NCBI RefSeq assembly: GCF_009914755.1
Contig: NC_060926.1
Source of the DNA: the human T2T-CHM13v2.0 reference genome, Homo sapiens
Direction: 5' to 3' (one strand)
DNA: 64,000 nucleotides
Shown: in pieces, positions 41,523 to 54,738 of the stretch
How the letters are laid out: the number at the start of each line of letters is the position of its first letter
Position numbering within the stretch: the stretch's first letter is position 1
Position numbers and translations under genes: made by a program
The notes under the pieces: model-generated
Database searches by the model: none
What the model was told of the DNA's origin: nothing
Seen by the model: only the letters and a program-made list of their open reading frames with translations

Positions 41523-42838
41523 CACAAAGAGATACAGGAAAGGAGACTCTCTTAAATTCAATATATATATTTATTTCACAGGTATATACACGTGAGTCAT
41601 AGAAAGGTGTGTTTTTAAAGGCCTAAAAAAGTACATATCCATTTCCCTCTCTTACAGTCTAATATATCCATGATATTTGATTTTTTGATCAGTATTCCTT
41701 TAACTGTCTATTAAAAAGTAAGTAATAAAAATAATCTGCCCTCCCAGAATAATAATTTAGAATACACTCAGTATTTTCAGTACTGTGGGTTTTTTTAATT
41801 ATTAAGGACTATTTTTCTCTTAAAACACATAGAGAATTATCTAATCTAAAACATTAACCTTCAGTTTATTGTTCACTTTTATTCCTTGAAAGAAAAGAAA
41901 ACTCAATTTTTTAAAACTTGAAATCTTAAAATACGCCATGCAGAAGCCCATAGGGTAAGGAACTAAAAAAGTCACCTGTCATCCCAAATCTGCCTCTAAT
42001 AACTACTTTATGAAGCTGAAATTCCCCTAATATTTAAAATAGATTTAACCACTGGCCTTAAATGAGAAATATTTCCTTTTGAAATTTCTTACTGTCATAT
42101 GAGGGGGATCACAAATCATGTAAGTGTCTTGAAAAATAAAACTTAACATTAACTGTAAATGAATTACATCTTTTAGAACCTTTTTCTCTGGTTCCTTTTC
42201 ATGTGTATTGATTGCTAAGACCAGAAGTTTACTCAGCATATGGTTTTTGTCTGAAAGTTCACTCAGGCTATGAAAGCTTATTTTTCCATTTCTGAGAATA
42301 CATACAGAAGATGGGTTTTGAAATTAGACTCAGTGAACAAAAGGTTGTTTAAAAAATATATTCCCTAAAATAACTATTAGTGATCAAGATAACACATGTT
42401 TCCAGATTGAGCAGTTGAACAATAGAGAGTTCTAATAGTTTTTTCAGTCAGTAGCTGAATCCAGACTAAAAACACCTGCCTGCCTGTGTGTGTTTTCATA
42501 TGGTAAATTAGGGCCAAAATGAAATATTTTATTAATTGAACAGGTAGACACATTAATGAGATTAATGATGGAATTTTAGCAGGCATCTCTAATCTGTTTT
42601 TCTAGAGATGATAAAATCATTTTTTTTTGAAAATATCAAATGCTTGTCTTATTTTTTAGGTTTTCAAAAATGCATGAATCAGGTAATGGGCCTATAAATA
42701 AACCAAATGCGGCTTACTATTGAATCTTTTTCTGAATTTTATAGAGAGGTCTTTTTACAAATGGCAGAACTTCCTACACATCTACCAGCCTAAAAGGATT
42801 AATTATTGCATCTCATTTTTCTATTGTTTGATCTTTAG

Positions 42839-42916
42839 CAGCTGAAGAAACAGCTAATCTGCCTCCTTCTCCACCCCCATCACCTGCCTCAGAACAGACT
42901 GTCACAGTGGAGGAAG
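42839..42916 (+). CDS. MAP2: MAP2 coding exon, 78 nt; AAEETANLPPSPPPSPASEQTVTVEE (last exon before the segment skipped in MAP2c)
   Basis: atctttag|CAGCTG ... GAGGAAG|gtaagg; phase 1/1; recognised peptide. Confidence 0.97.
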
Positions 42917-44189
42917 GTAAGGCCTATTGGACTTTTCAGGGTTTGTCTTCTGTTAAAGTGTGAACAATAAACTTCAATCAATAAGCTCTGGACTTTGGTA
43001 TTGGTTAGTATGTGACCAAGCTTTGGAGCTATCTGTTTCAAATAATGAAGAAGAAACAAAGACTTTAAATAAATAATCACTTATTTTTATAAAAGCAAAA
43101 GTAGAGGAATTTGGTAAATAAAAAAGAAATCTGCTTGATTAAGGAAAAGAATTTTGTGTTCAGTTGCTAAAATAACTGTAGAGACCCCATTCACTTTAGA
43201 ATGCTTTAACAGGGAAGATACAATTCTACCTTGTAAGTGACTGAACAAAAATTAAAATAAATATAAATGTAATCTCCATAATAGTAGGGGTCAGATTTAT
43301 CAATGAAATCAACACTTCCTTATGAAAGTGTCAGGAATTATCTCTGTTTTGCTCACTGTTATATTGCCAAGACCTTCCCCAGGGCCTGACTCATAGCAAA
43401 TTTAATAAATATTAATGAATAAATGAAGAAGTTAATGAATGAATCTGATATTGAGAGCATTGAACTGGAAGCTGAGCTCATGACTCTTTCCTGTTGAGAC
43501 CTGTTATTGTCCATGGATCTTTTTATGAACTTACTCAACATGGAATGTCATGTTAGCTTTTCAATTCTCATTGATACAACAGAAAGATGCCTTTGAAGAA
43601 TTTTCATTCAGAATCTGAGATGAAAGGCACTACTTAAAAGGAAACCATTACTGGTTCTCCGACTTAGTCCAGTTAACCTTTGTTTATTGTTTGAGAGTCA
43701 CAGGAAAAGGCAGAGAAGAACTAGGGCTCCATTGTTGTTTCAACATTACTTAGTTTTCATATATTAAAACCAGAATTTTAAAAGTGTTTATTTTATTCAT
43801 TTATTCATTTATTTTTCCTTTTTACTGTGTTAAAGACTGAAGAACATTTATTTTAAAAGACTTGTCTTTTTATCATTTGTAATTAGGTTCATTTAAAATA
43901 TTCTTTGATTTCGTAAATACAAAAATTTGAATTAGTGAACCATATATTATCACCTCTAATATAATTTTATTTTGTCACAGATTTATAAACCTAAATTTAT
44001 TTTAGCAAGGTTTTTCTTTCTTAAATTGAAGCTTTTTTTTTCCAATTTACTGCCTGAAATAATAAACAAACTAAATTTTTCTGAGGAATAAAAGAAACTT
44101 TGGGGATAATAATCAGTGCATAGCAGCCACTGATTATTAGTTAATGTGATTTAATCTTTTAATTTATAGGTTTGAAAAGTTCCTTTTGA

Positions 44190-44970
<781 letters not shown>

Positions 44971-47063
44971 CCTTGTACCTCCTTCAGGCCATGGAAAATG
45001 TTTCTAAGCTCCTACTTAAAGCTTTTCAAGCATCAGAGAATCCTCTTAACCCAGAGAGGGATATGATGTTGACAGAGCAGGTTTACTCCAAAAGTCGGCT
45101 TGAGGTCAAGTCATTTAATCTTCTTACTCTATATGGGATTTGGAACAGAAAGGGAAGAAGCAGAGTCCTCCCATCCATCTGGGAATTCACCCAGCCTGCT
45201 TCCTGTAGGGTAATATGATGGATATAATGAAAACATAAATAAATAAAATGTAGAATCACCTTCACATTTTGGTAACTTAGGTGTCAACTTTCCAGAGTTC
45301 CCTAATATTTTGGAATTACTTTCTTCAAGCTGTTTCAAGATATTCAAGGAAAATACCACCTAACCTCTTATTGAAAGTAATTCAAAGTTATTTTCAAGCC
45401 AAACTTGTGTTTTTAACTTTTTGAGTATTGAACTATCTGAAGTTCTGATTATTTGATTTTAAAAGTATAACCATTTTTTGAGTTTTAAGAAAAACAGATG
45501 TATATATTTTATAAACTCTATCTCTATAAAGACCAGATAATATTCTCACCTTAAATATGTAAAAGATTTGTGGTCTAGACAAACTACTGTTTCTCTTTTA
45601 TGTTAAGCCACACTTAAGTAATATACAAGTATTTTTTAAGTTTAGTTTTGTCAGAAAATAAATTAGTGACAAGTCACAAGACAGGATTGAACTGTTCAAT
45701 TTTTCAAACCAAGTAGTTTGTAAATACTCAGCCCAAATTCCATCAATATATTGCTTATAGCAGGTCAGGTGGAAAGGGAGCAGGTGGATTTTTTTGCCTT
45801 ATCTAGGGGATTATTTACCCTCCTTGATACCCTCAAAGCAACTTTAATCTGAGGGTATAGTGACTGCTGCAGTCTGATCCTTTTATACAAATGGAAGAAA
45901 GCTCTTTTGTTAGATTAATTCAGCGATTTTGAGGATACATTTTCTTTTTGTTAATTATCAAACTTTTTAAAGCTGTTCTTTCCCAAAGGGGAAGCATGAA
46001 AGCTTCCACTAAAAATTTAAGATGTTAATTACTATAATTTATGAATATTTATTATAATTAATGTAATATTAGTAATTCCCAGGATATGTGCTTATTCTAG
46101 AAAACATTTACAAGGGATTTTGATGAAAAAAAAGGAAACAAGCTGCACACTTAGAAAAGGATCTACGGTACAGTAAACCAAACCTGTACTGATTATGATG
46201 TTTTCAAATTAACCTCCTTTTTCTTTTTGGCCTAATCATAATAGTTGTCATTTGGACTGAGCTATTAGAATTTGGAAGGCTGTGAAGGAATGGAATAATC
46301 TGAACACAGAACCAGGATTCTTTCTGCCCTTTTAGGTTTGCTCCAGAATTCTAGGGTGGTGTTTTCCTGTGTCATGGATGTGGTGACCTAATCATCGCGC
46401 ATCTGAAAGTAGTTTTCTCTTTATGTCATTCTGGGGCAGCAGTAACAGTCAGCAGACTGAGAAGTCCTCAGTCAAAAGCTGGCAGAATGGAAAGGGCTTG
46501 GAAATGGTGGAGAACAATGTAAGTGCGGCCAGCAGCCATCGACCATATGCTGTGATGCCACAACAAGCAAAAAGTACCGAATCACTAACATTCCACAAGA
46601 TGCAGTCTCCAAAGGAGGCTGGTATACTAAGGCTGGGTTTTACATGGCAAACCTTACATTAGCCCAGTGTAAATTTTCAAATGCTTTATTTAAAAGAAAA
46701 AGTTTCAATGAAAGCAAACTAGGGAAACTTTATTCCTCCATTGAAACCAGGTAAGCTTTATTTTTGAAGATTATAATTATGCAGAAAACTATGCAAAAGT
46801 CCAAGGTGTATAAGGTTACCCTGTTTTTAGCATAACACGTGATTAAATGAAATAGAATATTCTGTGGCAAAAGCAGAGTCCCCAGAAGCATGCCCACTTC
46901 TAGTAAAAGGATGCATGCATTCAATCCTGACCTCAAACAGCAAACTAACTGTTGTGAAATAAATTTAATTTTTAATATATCTCTCAACTCCAACTTTGAT
47001 GTGCTAAATGAGGGGAAAGAACAGAGGTACCTGACAACTTGTCTGAGTACACTGAAGACACAG

Positions 47064-47113
47064 ATGCTAAGATGTATGGAGTCAGACATGCTAAGATGTA
47101 TGGAGTCAGACAT
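47064..47113. repeat. Perfect 24-bp tandem duplication next to a MIR (about 47110-47260, - strand)
   Basis: atgctaagatgtatggagtcagac x2. Confidence 0.92.
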
Positions 47114-49831
47114 TGTGCTTGGCATTTTCACAGATATCTTCTCATTTAATCCTCCCAGCAACCCACAGAGATAGATAATATTCATTTCCACTCCTTTGCC
47201 CAAAATGTTATGGTTTATGTCTGGAGAAGTGGCTTATCCAGAATGCAAATCCAAATCTAAATTCTGCAATCACGGTTGCACTACATCCCTAAAGCTGTTT
47301 CTTATCAAGGTTCTTACTGTGAGACTATGGAAGTAAATTATCTTCAAATGAGAGTTATTTGTTACAAGCTACTATACTAATTTCCTTTAAGAAAAAAAAT
47401 CTTACAAATAAATATTCCATTTATTATTTATTTATTTAAAATTATTATGTCTTCCATCTGCATTGGGAGTGATCCAGATGCACCTGCCATACACAACACA
47501 ATAAGAAATGAGAATCTAATGTCTTCTGTCATTATCATTAAAATCAAGTGCCCTGTTTGGCTTAGCCCTCCCTGGTCCCCATAAAGCATAGCTTCCCTGG
47601 CATATCTCTAGAGCTTGTAACGTAGATGGACTTTAGGCTGATAGGTCTTAAACAGAGACTTGGAGTACAGACAGCTTACAGTACCAAGAGAAGATTGGAC
47701 TTTGCCAGACACTCTTTTTGAAGTTGCCTTGGTCCCAGGCCAGATGAATACTAAAAAGAAGCTACTTTTTCCACTAGATCTTTCAAAATTTGTGTTGTTC
47801 TTTTTGTTGTTTCCTGATTAGAGTGAAAGTTTTCAGAATAGAAAATACCATTTACCATTTTTTTAAATGCTATAGATCTGAAGCAAGGCTCTGGACTGTT
47901 TTTAAATGTTGGCACTTTCACAAAGAACAATGACAACAAGAAAGAGGTGGCCAGAATCTGCAAAAGGTTAAAACATCCAATGAGTATTGCCTTTACTCTC
48001 AGCTTGAAATTCTTTAATTTTATACTATAGTCTGCTGTACCTCCCAGAAAATAAATGTTGAAAAGCAGAGAGGAGCATATCCCATTTTCATTTATTGATC
48101 ATGAAAGTACCCTACTGAACATATCAGGAATTTTAGAAGTAACTTGCATACATGGGGAATTTACAGCCCCAGAGATCCACTGAGAGAAATATGAATGGCT
48201 AGGACATGTGACAAGCCAGGGCTATGATTCAGTCAGTGTTGTAGGCCAGATCTTGGACAATTATCTGCTCAGCTGCGAAATCGTGCCGAGTTGAACTAAG
48301 AATATCAAACGTTATTTTAGGCTTCTGCTATCCCATGATATAAAAAGCATTGTGGCTGAGAAAGTTCTGAGCATCCATCCAGAAACATCTTCCATGGAAC
48401 AATCAGTAAATAATGTGCTTGAAAGATTAAATGTATTCTCTCTACAAAATGTTATTTTAGTATCCTCATGATTTCAGACTTATTTCTAGTTGTCAGCACT
48501 TGGTTGCCAAAAATAAGTTACTGTCCTAAAAATACAGTATATTTGCAAATTAATGCTATAATTTTGTCTTCTTAAAATCTGATATAAATAAAAACTGTAC
48601 AGATAGATACTATAGATTTTGTTCTTATTATTGAGAGTCATGAAATTTTAAATTGATATCTCAATATAAGTAAATAAATAGTGATTAGCAAATTTAGCAA
48701 CCACCACATAGGCCTGAGATGTAACGTCTGCACCACATCAGAAGCCAAGTGCTCACTGAGTTATACGAGAATCCAAATGCTAAGCAGACTGATCTACAGT
48801 TGTATATTTAAGGAGATATGTTTAAATAATGCAAATTTCCTAGGCAAGATACAGGAAAGAACAGAAATGAGAGTAGTTACTTTAGCATTTCAATAAGAAA
48901 TATGCAATAAGAGGTTTGAAACATGAAAAACAGCCAAGAGCCAGTGGTACAAATGAAACTACATGGAATAAAGTCTTGATGAATCTGCAGCCGACTCTGC
49001 AGAAATTTTTAGCTAATTGTATCTCTGCTAAGCTTTCAGAAGGAAAACAAAACATAAGAAAACAAGTTTATAATATTAGAGGCTTTCTTAAAACAGTATA
49101 CTTTTAGTGTCCTGCAAATCAGAACCTGGTTTAAAATGATGCCTCTAGGTACTACATTAGCCTTAGCATCCAAAGAAAGAGCTATGCTGACTGCGCATTT
49201 CTTATTAAGGCAGGAAAGAGGCATAATGCATTGTAGATTTTTCTTAACAGGATTGAAATTAAAAATGACTTTCTGGTTAAAGTTATTAACTAGAATTAAA
49301 TTAACCAAAACACTACTTGTGCATCCTAGATAATTAAGACTATGTTTTAAACAGGACTGTTTTCTTCATAATCTTACAGGCGTTAAATCCTAATAACTTT
49401 CTTCTTTTTAAACTTATAAACATATTGATCTAAGCATGAGTAGAGTTAACCTTCATGAAATAATTTCCTCCAAAGAATGCATTTGTTTTGTAATGCTTTG
49501 TTTCTATTCCAACGTTCCTTGGTTATTCTGACTTGTTTGAGAGGAATGTACAGATGATTTTTATTTTGCCGCAGGGCTGTCAATGCTTTTGGTTCACTTA
49601 GATCAATGGCAAACTTGCTTAAGGGATAGGTGGAATTCAGCAGTTACTGAGGCATGAAACATTCACTGTCTCCCATCCTCCATCAGCTTGATCTTGCTAA
49701 TTTCCCTTCATCCTGCTGTGCTGCTTCTGTGGCCCTTTCTGCCCTTGTGTAGGTGTTTGTTTCGTCCGTCTGATCTTGTGTCTGTGTTGTCCAGTTCTCC
49801 CTGCAGTTTCTTCCTGTGTGTCTGTTTGTAG

Positions 49832-50074
49832 ATGAAGGGGCTGAGGATCAAGTGGGTCCTCTACACAGGTTCCCCAGCCATGAACCTGCCACCAGCGGGG
49901 AGAGGCGTGGACTCCTAGCCCCCTCCATCTCAGTGTCTGTGCCTGATGATGACCCTTACAATTCCGATGAGGAGTACTATGAGCATCCTTTGTTCAGCTC
50001 AGAACGGACCACCTCTAGTGTGCTCCCCAGTGTCACAGCGCAGAGTGCAGAGGCCCACTTAGGCCAGGAGAAAG
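49832..50074 (+). CDS. MAP2: MAP2 alternative cassette exon, 243 nt; DEGAEDQVGP...DDDPYNSDEEYYEHPLF...HLGQEK (probably the exon called 7A in older literature)
   Basis: Long pyrimidine/UG tract then tttgtag|ATGAAG; donor AAAG|gtgaac; 81 codons, open, phase 1/1; GC-rich and acidic/Ser/Pro like the projection domain. The 7A name is from memory. Confidence 0.85.
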
Positions 50075-50482
50075 GTGAACCAAGCATGGTCCCCTTTTGC
50101 TCCTCCGCCCCGGCCTACAGCTTTGACCACCTACATCATGTTAAGTGTGCCTTAATACAGGGTGGGAGGGGCAGGAGCCTGTTTTCTCTGCATGAAAGTG
50201 AAGTTCCTATATAAGTTGAATCTATCCAAATGCCTTAACAATTTATATAAAAGAAGCCTTACTAGAGGCATGTGAGCACTTCCTTTTTCTGTATCATTGC
50301 TTCTGAGAAGGAAGAAAAAGAGAGAGAGAAAGAGAGAGAGAAGCAAAAAAATATTCCATTAAAGTATGGCTTCTTTCTGCTCCCTGCCAATAATCAGCTG
50401 GGGAAGAACATATTCTTTACCCAAACCAAAGAAGATGACTCTGAATATAATTTTTTTCCTCCTTAGACACATAATATTACTA

Positions 50483-50519
50483 TTAAATAGCATCTTTAAA
50501 TAGCATCTTTAAATAGCAT
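50483..50519. repeat. 13-bp tandem repeat x about 3 (ttaaatagcatct)
   Basis: Direct. Confidence 0.9.
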
Positions 50520-52317
50520 TAGCTTTCTTTTTAGTGCTATATTAATATGATAGATCTTTAAAAGAGAAAGAATGAAGAATCTGTTTAGAGCAGAATAAAT
50601 GTTATGGAAACAATTTATTTCCCCATATCATGTAATCATCTACAGAAACTACAGAGGCTTCCCCAGGTGACTAAATCTTGGCTCACATCAGTAGAGCTGG
50701 ACTAAAATGAAGGAAATGATTCAAAGCCTTTGTCATTCTAGCCTTATAAAGCTGGGAGACTCAAGTGTATAATTGGTTATCGTGAGGATAAAATAAGTAG
50801 GTGATGGGCTGCAATGTGTCTCATTCTAACTAGGTAGTTTTGGTAAAGAAAAAAAAGGTACAGCTAAATATATTTTTGCTTAGGCGAAGAGTTTATTTCC
50901 AAAAGGGACAATATTTAATATGAAAGCAGATAGTTCTAAAGCAATAAGGAATAAGCTTACAGCTCACCAACTATGGTCATCATAATAAACGTCTTCAAGG
51001 ACCCTTTTGAAAACAGAACACCAATAGCTCAGGTTCTCTGATAAAGAAATATAACCCCTATTAAGTGAAACTAAGTTCTTCTAAACTAAATTTCTAAAAT
51101 ATGTGAGTTTTTAAATTAGGAACAATTGTAGTGGAAATAAATATGATTTATACTAAATGAGAAAATGAAAAGCTAAAAAGCTACATGGATTTGAAAACAT
51201 GTAAATTAACTTGATTAGACTTTATCCAAAAAGGTAACATTATAATGCAGTTATATTAAAATTCTTTTAACTGTAATCAAAATCTATGGCATTATAAAAA
51301 TTTTCTTAAAATAACAAGTTAGAATTTAAATTTTTAAAATGCTACTTAAAATGCCATAATTAAATTACAAAACTAAAAATGAGTGCTAAATGTGAAGAGA
51401 TTGATAATGTAGATTTTTTTTTCTCTCTCTGTTTCTCTCTGAGGATATTAATATTTCTAAAAAACAAAATAAAAGAAAATTCCTTTTCTTTTTATCTGTA
51501 GTCTTTCCCTCAGGGCCGTTTAAACAATGCACAATTATTTCATAAGAATTTTGTAAGAATCTTCCATTTACAAAACTATAAAACAGCTCATATATTTCTC
51601 TCTAATTCCTTAAGTGACCAAATGGAATTTACTTATTTTTACTGACATTTCAAGTGTAAATGAGAAACAAATTAGTGCAATAACTCATGAACTTGAAAAG
51701 TTTATCTTTACATCTTAAATGTTAACTTTTTTATGTGATATACATGGTTTGGGGGGTGGTTATTTTGGCCGTTTGATTGCCACTCAATTATCTTTCCTTG
51801 GTGATTTTGTTTTGAATTACAGAAATAAGACTTTATTACTAATGTGCATATTTTTTCTTTAGTGTCAAAGAGAATTATACATGAACTACATTACTGATAT
51901 TTCAGGGAGTTTAACAATATGATAATAGTTGTGTCCCAGAGGTAGACTTTTGTAAACAGATTTAAATTTAACCTTGACCTTGTTTTTAACACATTTTATT
52001 TTACTTACTTTTTGAAAATGTTCATTTTCTCCAACATCATACAATGCAATGAAGCTAACATAACTTGACTTAGGTAGTCCCTTACCTTGGAAATGCTAAA
52101 TAAATTATATTTTAAGTAAATTTGGTGGACTTTGTGATAAAGCTGTTAAGGTAGTTGGTTGGATATTCTTTTGAAGCAAGGCTTTTTTTATTCCCAAAGA
52201 TTTCTTTAGCAAAATTTGCACATTTTAAATAAAGCAGCCGGGAATTCTTATGTAGGGGCTTCCTGCATTGGCGAAAACAGCACATGTCTAACAAATTTAA
52301 AGGCTTTTTTTTTTCAG

Positions 52318-52425
52318 TACATCAGTACATCCATCTTTTCACAACCATCTGTTATCCGGCAGTACCATCTCTTATTTCCAGCAAGCTTTCCACATGCGTG
52401 CAACTTACTGCCGTTTCCAATAAGG
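52318..52425 (+). CDS. MAP2: Candidate 108-nt in-frame MAP2 cassette exon: VHQYIHLFTTICYPAVPSLISSKLSTCVQLTAVSNK
   Basis: ctaac branch point 52288-52292, T10-cag acceptor, donor AGG|gtaatc, phase 1/1, no stop. Confidence 0.55.
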
Positions 52426-52715
52426 GTAATCAATCAATACAACCCTTTCAGCTCTCAAACTTTAAAATAAATTGCCTTTTAATGAGACTTTAAAAGTCAT
52501 CACTATTAGCAGATTATACATCATAGTTTTCCAACCAGTACCTAATGTATGTTGCATTAGAATATTAATTTGTTCATCCCAATGGTAAAATAAAAAAACA
52601 GCTGAGGTCTTCATGAGGTCATTCTAATGGAGCTGAAAGTGTTCCTTTAGCAATATTTCTGTCGTTTCATGTATTGTTCTGTGGTCATGATGTCAACATC
52701 TTTTTCATCCCTAAG

Positions 52716-52961
52716 AAGAAGAAACGCTAGAGAGTCGGATGGCTGAGGAAGAGAAACCTGCTGCTCTTCCTGAGAAAGAGTGTGGGGCTGCTAAGTCCTC
52801 AGACCAACCCAAGGGCCTCAGTAAGGGCCAAATGGAGTCTAGTGCGGAGGCCCAAATAGTTCCCGAAGAGAGTGCCCCAGCAGGGGCCCCACATGAGAAA
52901 AGTGTAAAAGAGGTCAAGGAGGTGTCTCCAGAAGTAAAAACCCCTTCCTCTGCTGGGGAAG
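52716..52961 (+). CDS. MAP2: MAP2 alternative cassette exon, 246 nt; EEETLESRMAEEEKPAALP...VKTPSSAGE (MAP2a-type insert, exon 8 in classical numbering)
   Basis: tttttcatccctaag|AAGAAG ... GGGGAAG|gtgtgt; 82 codons, phase 1/1; length equals the 246-nt MAP2a insert as I recall it. Confidence 0.92.
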
Positions 52962-54738
52962 GTGTGTCTTTCTCAGGATTTGCATGTGTTTTGTTGCAAA
53001 TGATCTCTCCAGTGGCTTACCAACCTGATGCCTTTCCAACGCTATTTCGCTATTTCATCGCTGGGTCTTATGATAACAAGTCCACTGTTGTAGGCTTAAT
53101 GTGCAGAGAGTGTGGCTTGCGCAAGTGCTGTGTGGCAGCTGGTTTTCCAGTGCTGCAGCTGATTCCTGGTTTTCCTTTGCCATGATACAATACGCTTTGC
53201 AGCCAGGCTGATGATGCTATGTGAGCTTCTTTTTTTATTTTATTTTTTTACCCGCCCCCCCTCATCTCAAATGTTTGCCAGTCACATTGCTAATACATGT
53301 ATATTTTTGTTTTTATTTTGGGGACAGCAATTCATATGCTTTTATTTCAAATCGTACAGTTGGATTTTGGCACATAGAGGCTTAAATGGTGGAATCGTTT
53401 TTGTTTGCAACCGAAATGTGCTATATTTTTTATGCTTCAATGAATACTGGTTTGATTTTCTTGACCTCCTGCTGATGCTTCTCATATCATTTTCTCCCCA
53501 TGGCAGCCAGCCCTTCTGATCATCCCCATATCTCTTGAGTTTTCATTCATCTAACCTTTATTAGAAGTTCATCAAGTATTTTTTTTTCTATTGTTACAAC
53601 AGGACACATAAGTATATAAGGTAATGATGATCCATACACTTGCTCTTTTAGAGATGATTGAATTTTATTATTTTTCCCCAAATCTTTTCCAGATAACTAC
53701 ATTTAGCTCTAATGACCACAGTGAACTACTTTGACCTTAAAACACAAGTGGGACAATAAAGCCTTTTGGATTGTTGAATAAATAAAAGTAAAAATGTGTT
53801 ATCTAATTTCTGTGAAGCACCTCTAAAGCCAATACTGGCCAATGCTTCACCAGTTAGTCATGCTCCAAGGATTGAGGTCATGACCATGGGAATAAAGTTA
53901 TTTCAATAGTTGACTCTTTTGAAAAGTTTGTTACTCACATGACTTCCCAGTATCAACAGTGTAATTCAGATTTTCTTATATCTACCGTACAGACTAAGTA
54001 ATGATTAGGAATTTAAATTTTTAAATATGTAATAGAAACTGGCTTGTAAATTCTTAAGTCATATCATATAAAATTGATAGCAAATATTTACTTATATTTC
54101 TGAAATTTATCCTCAGATGAATTCTAAAAATTTATGCCAGTAACCTGTGGATGCCTAAAGAATTGGCCCTGACATTTGTTAATCAAGTTAACTGCAACTA
54201 TTAACATTATATCATTGTGCATTACTTGGCCCTCTGCCCATAGCCTACCAATTCATTTTTAAATGATAAAACCAATGAAAATGTTCAGTATAAATCAATT
54301 CTTTATCTATATTTAGTCCTTACTATATATTCTTTTGTACCCTAACATTAGCTGCTTACTCAATATTCATTAGCTTATAACTTTTATGTATAGAAGGCAC
54401 ATGAATTTGTTTCTTCTGTAATACACATCACATAATGTTTAGGAGAGACCAAAAAAAAAAAAAAACAAAGAAAAAAAGAGAAAAGAATATCCAGAAATAT
54501 ACTGTTCTTACAATTCCTTTGCACATTAATTTACAACCAGAGTTCATTTTAGTAATAGTACACATATATCTCAGTCCTGACCTTTTCATATTGACTTTTA
54601 CATGGGTAGCATGCTTGCATGTTCCATAATTTTTGTTTTTATTCTACCATTCATTTATCACTTCAAAATATAATTTTAAGCTTATTTCCTGAACGCACTT
54701 GCCTATTATTTGTTTAAAAATCAACCCGATTACTTCAG

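Noticed and set aside
46423-46524. Segment with donor AAT|gtaagt (46518/9) and several upstream AGs
   Set aside because: No acceptor or ATG gives an open phase-1/1 exon (frameshift or immediate TGA); may be regulatory but unsupported
46743-46756. Strong donor CAG|gtaagc
   Set aside because: No credible acceptor or promoter signal upstream
49575-49629. ttttgccgcag acceptor with TAG|gtggaa donor
   Set aside because: 55 nt, frameshifting, weak donor
50483-50519. Repeat units resembling MEF2 sites
   Set aside because: ctttaaatag mismatches the YTA(A/T)4TAR core; simple tandem repeat suffices
54699-54738. N-terminal extension (LPIICLKINPITS) of the 1277-aa ORF, and its tail past 58464
   Set aside because: Intronic read-through: starts at TTG and lies outside the splice sites
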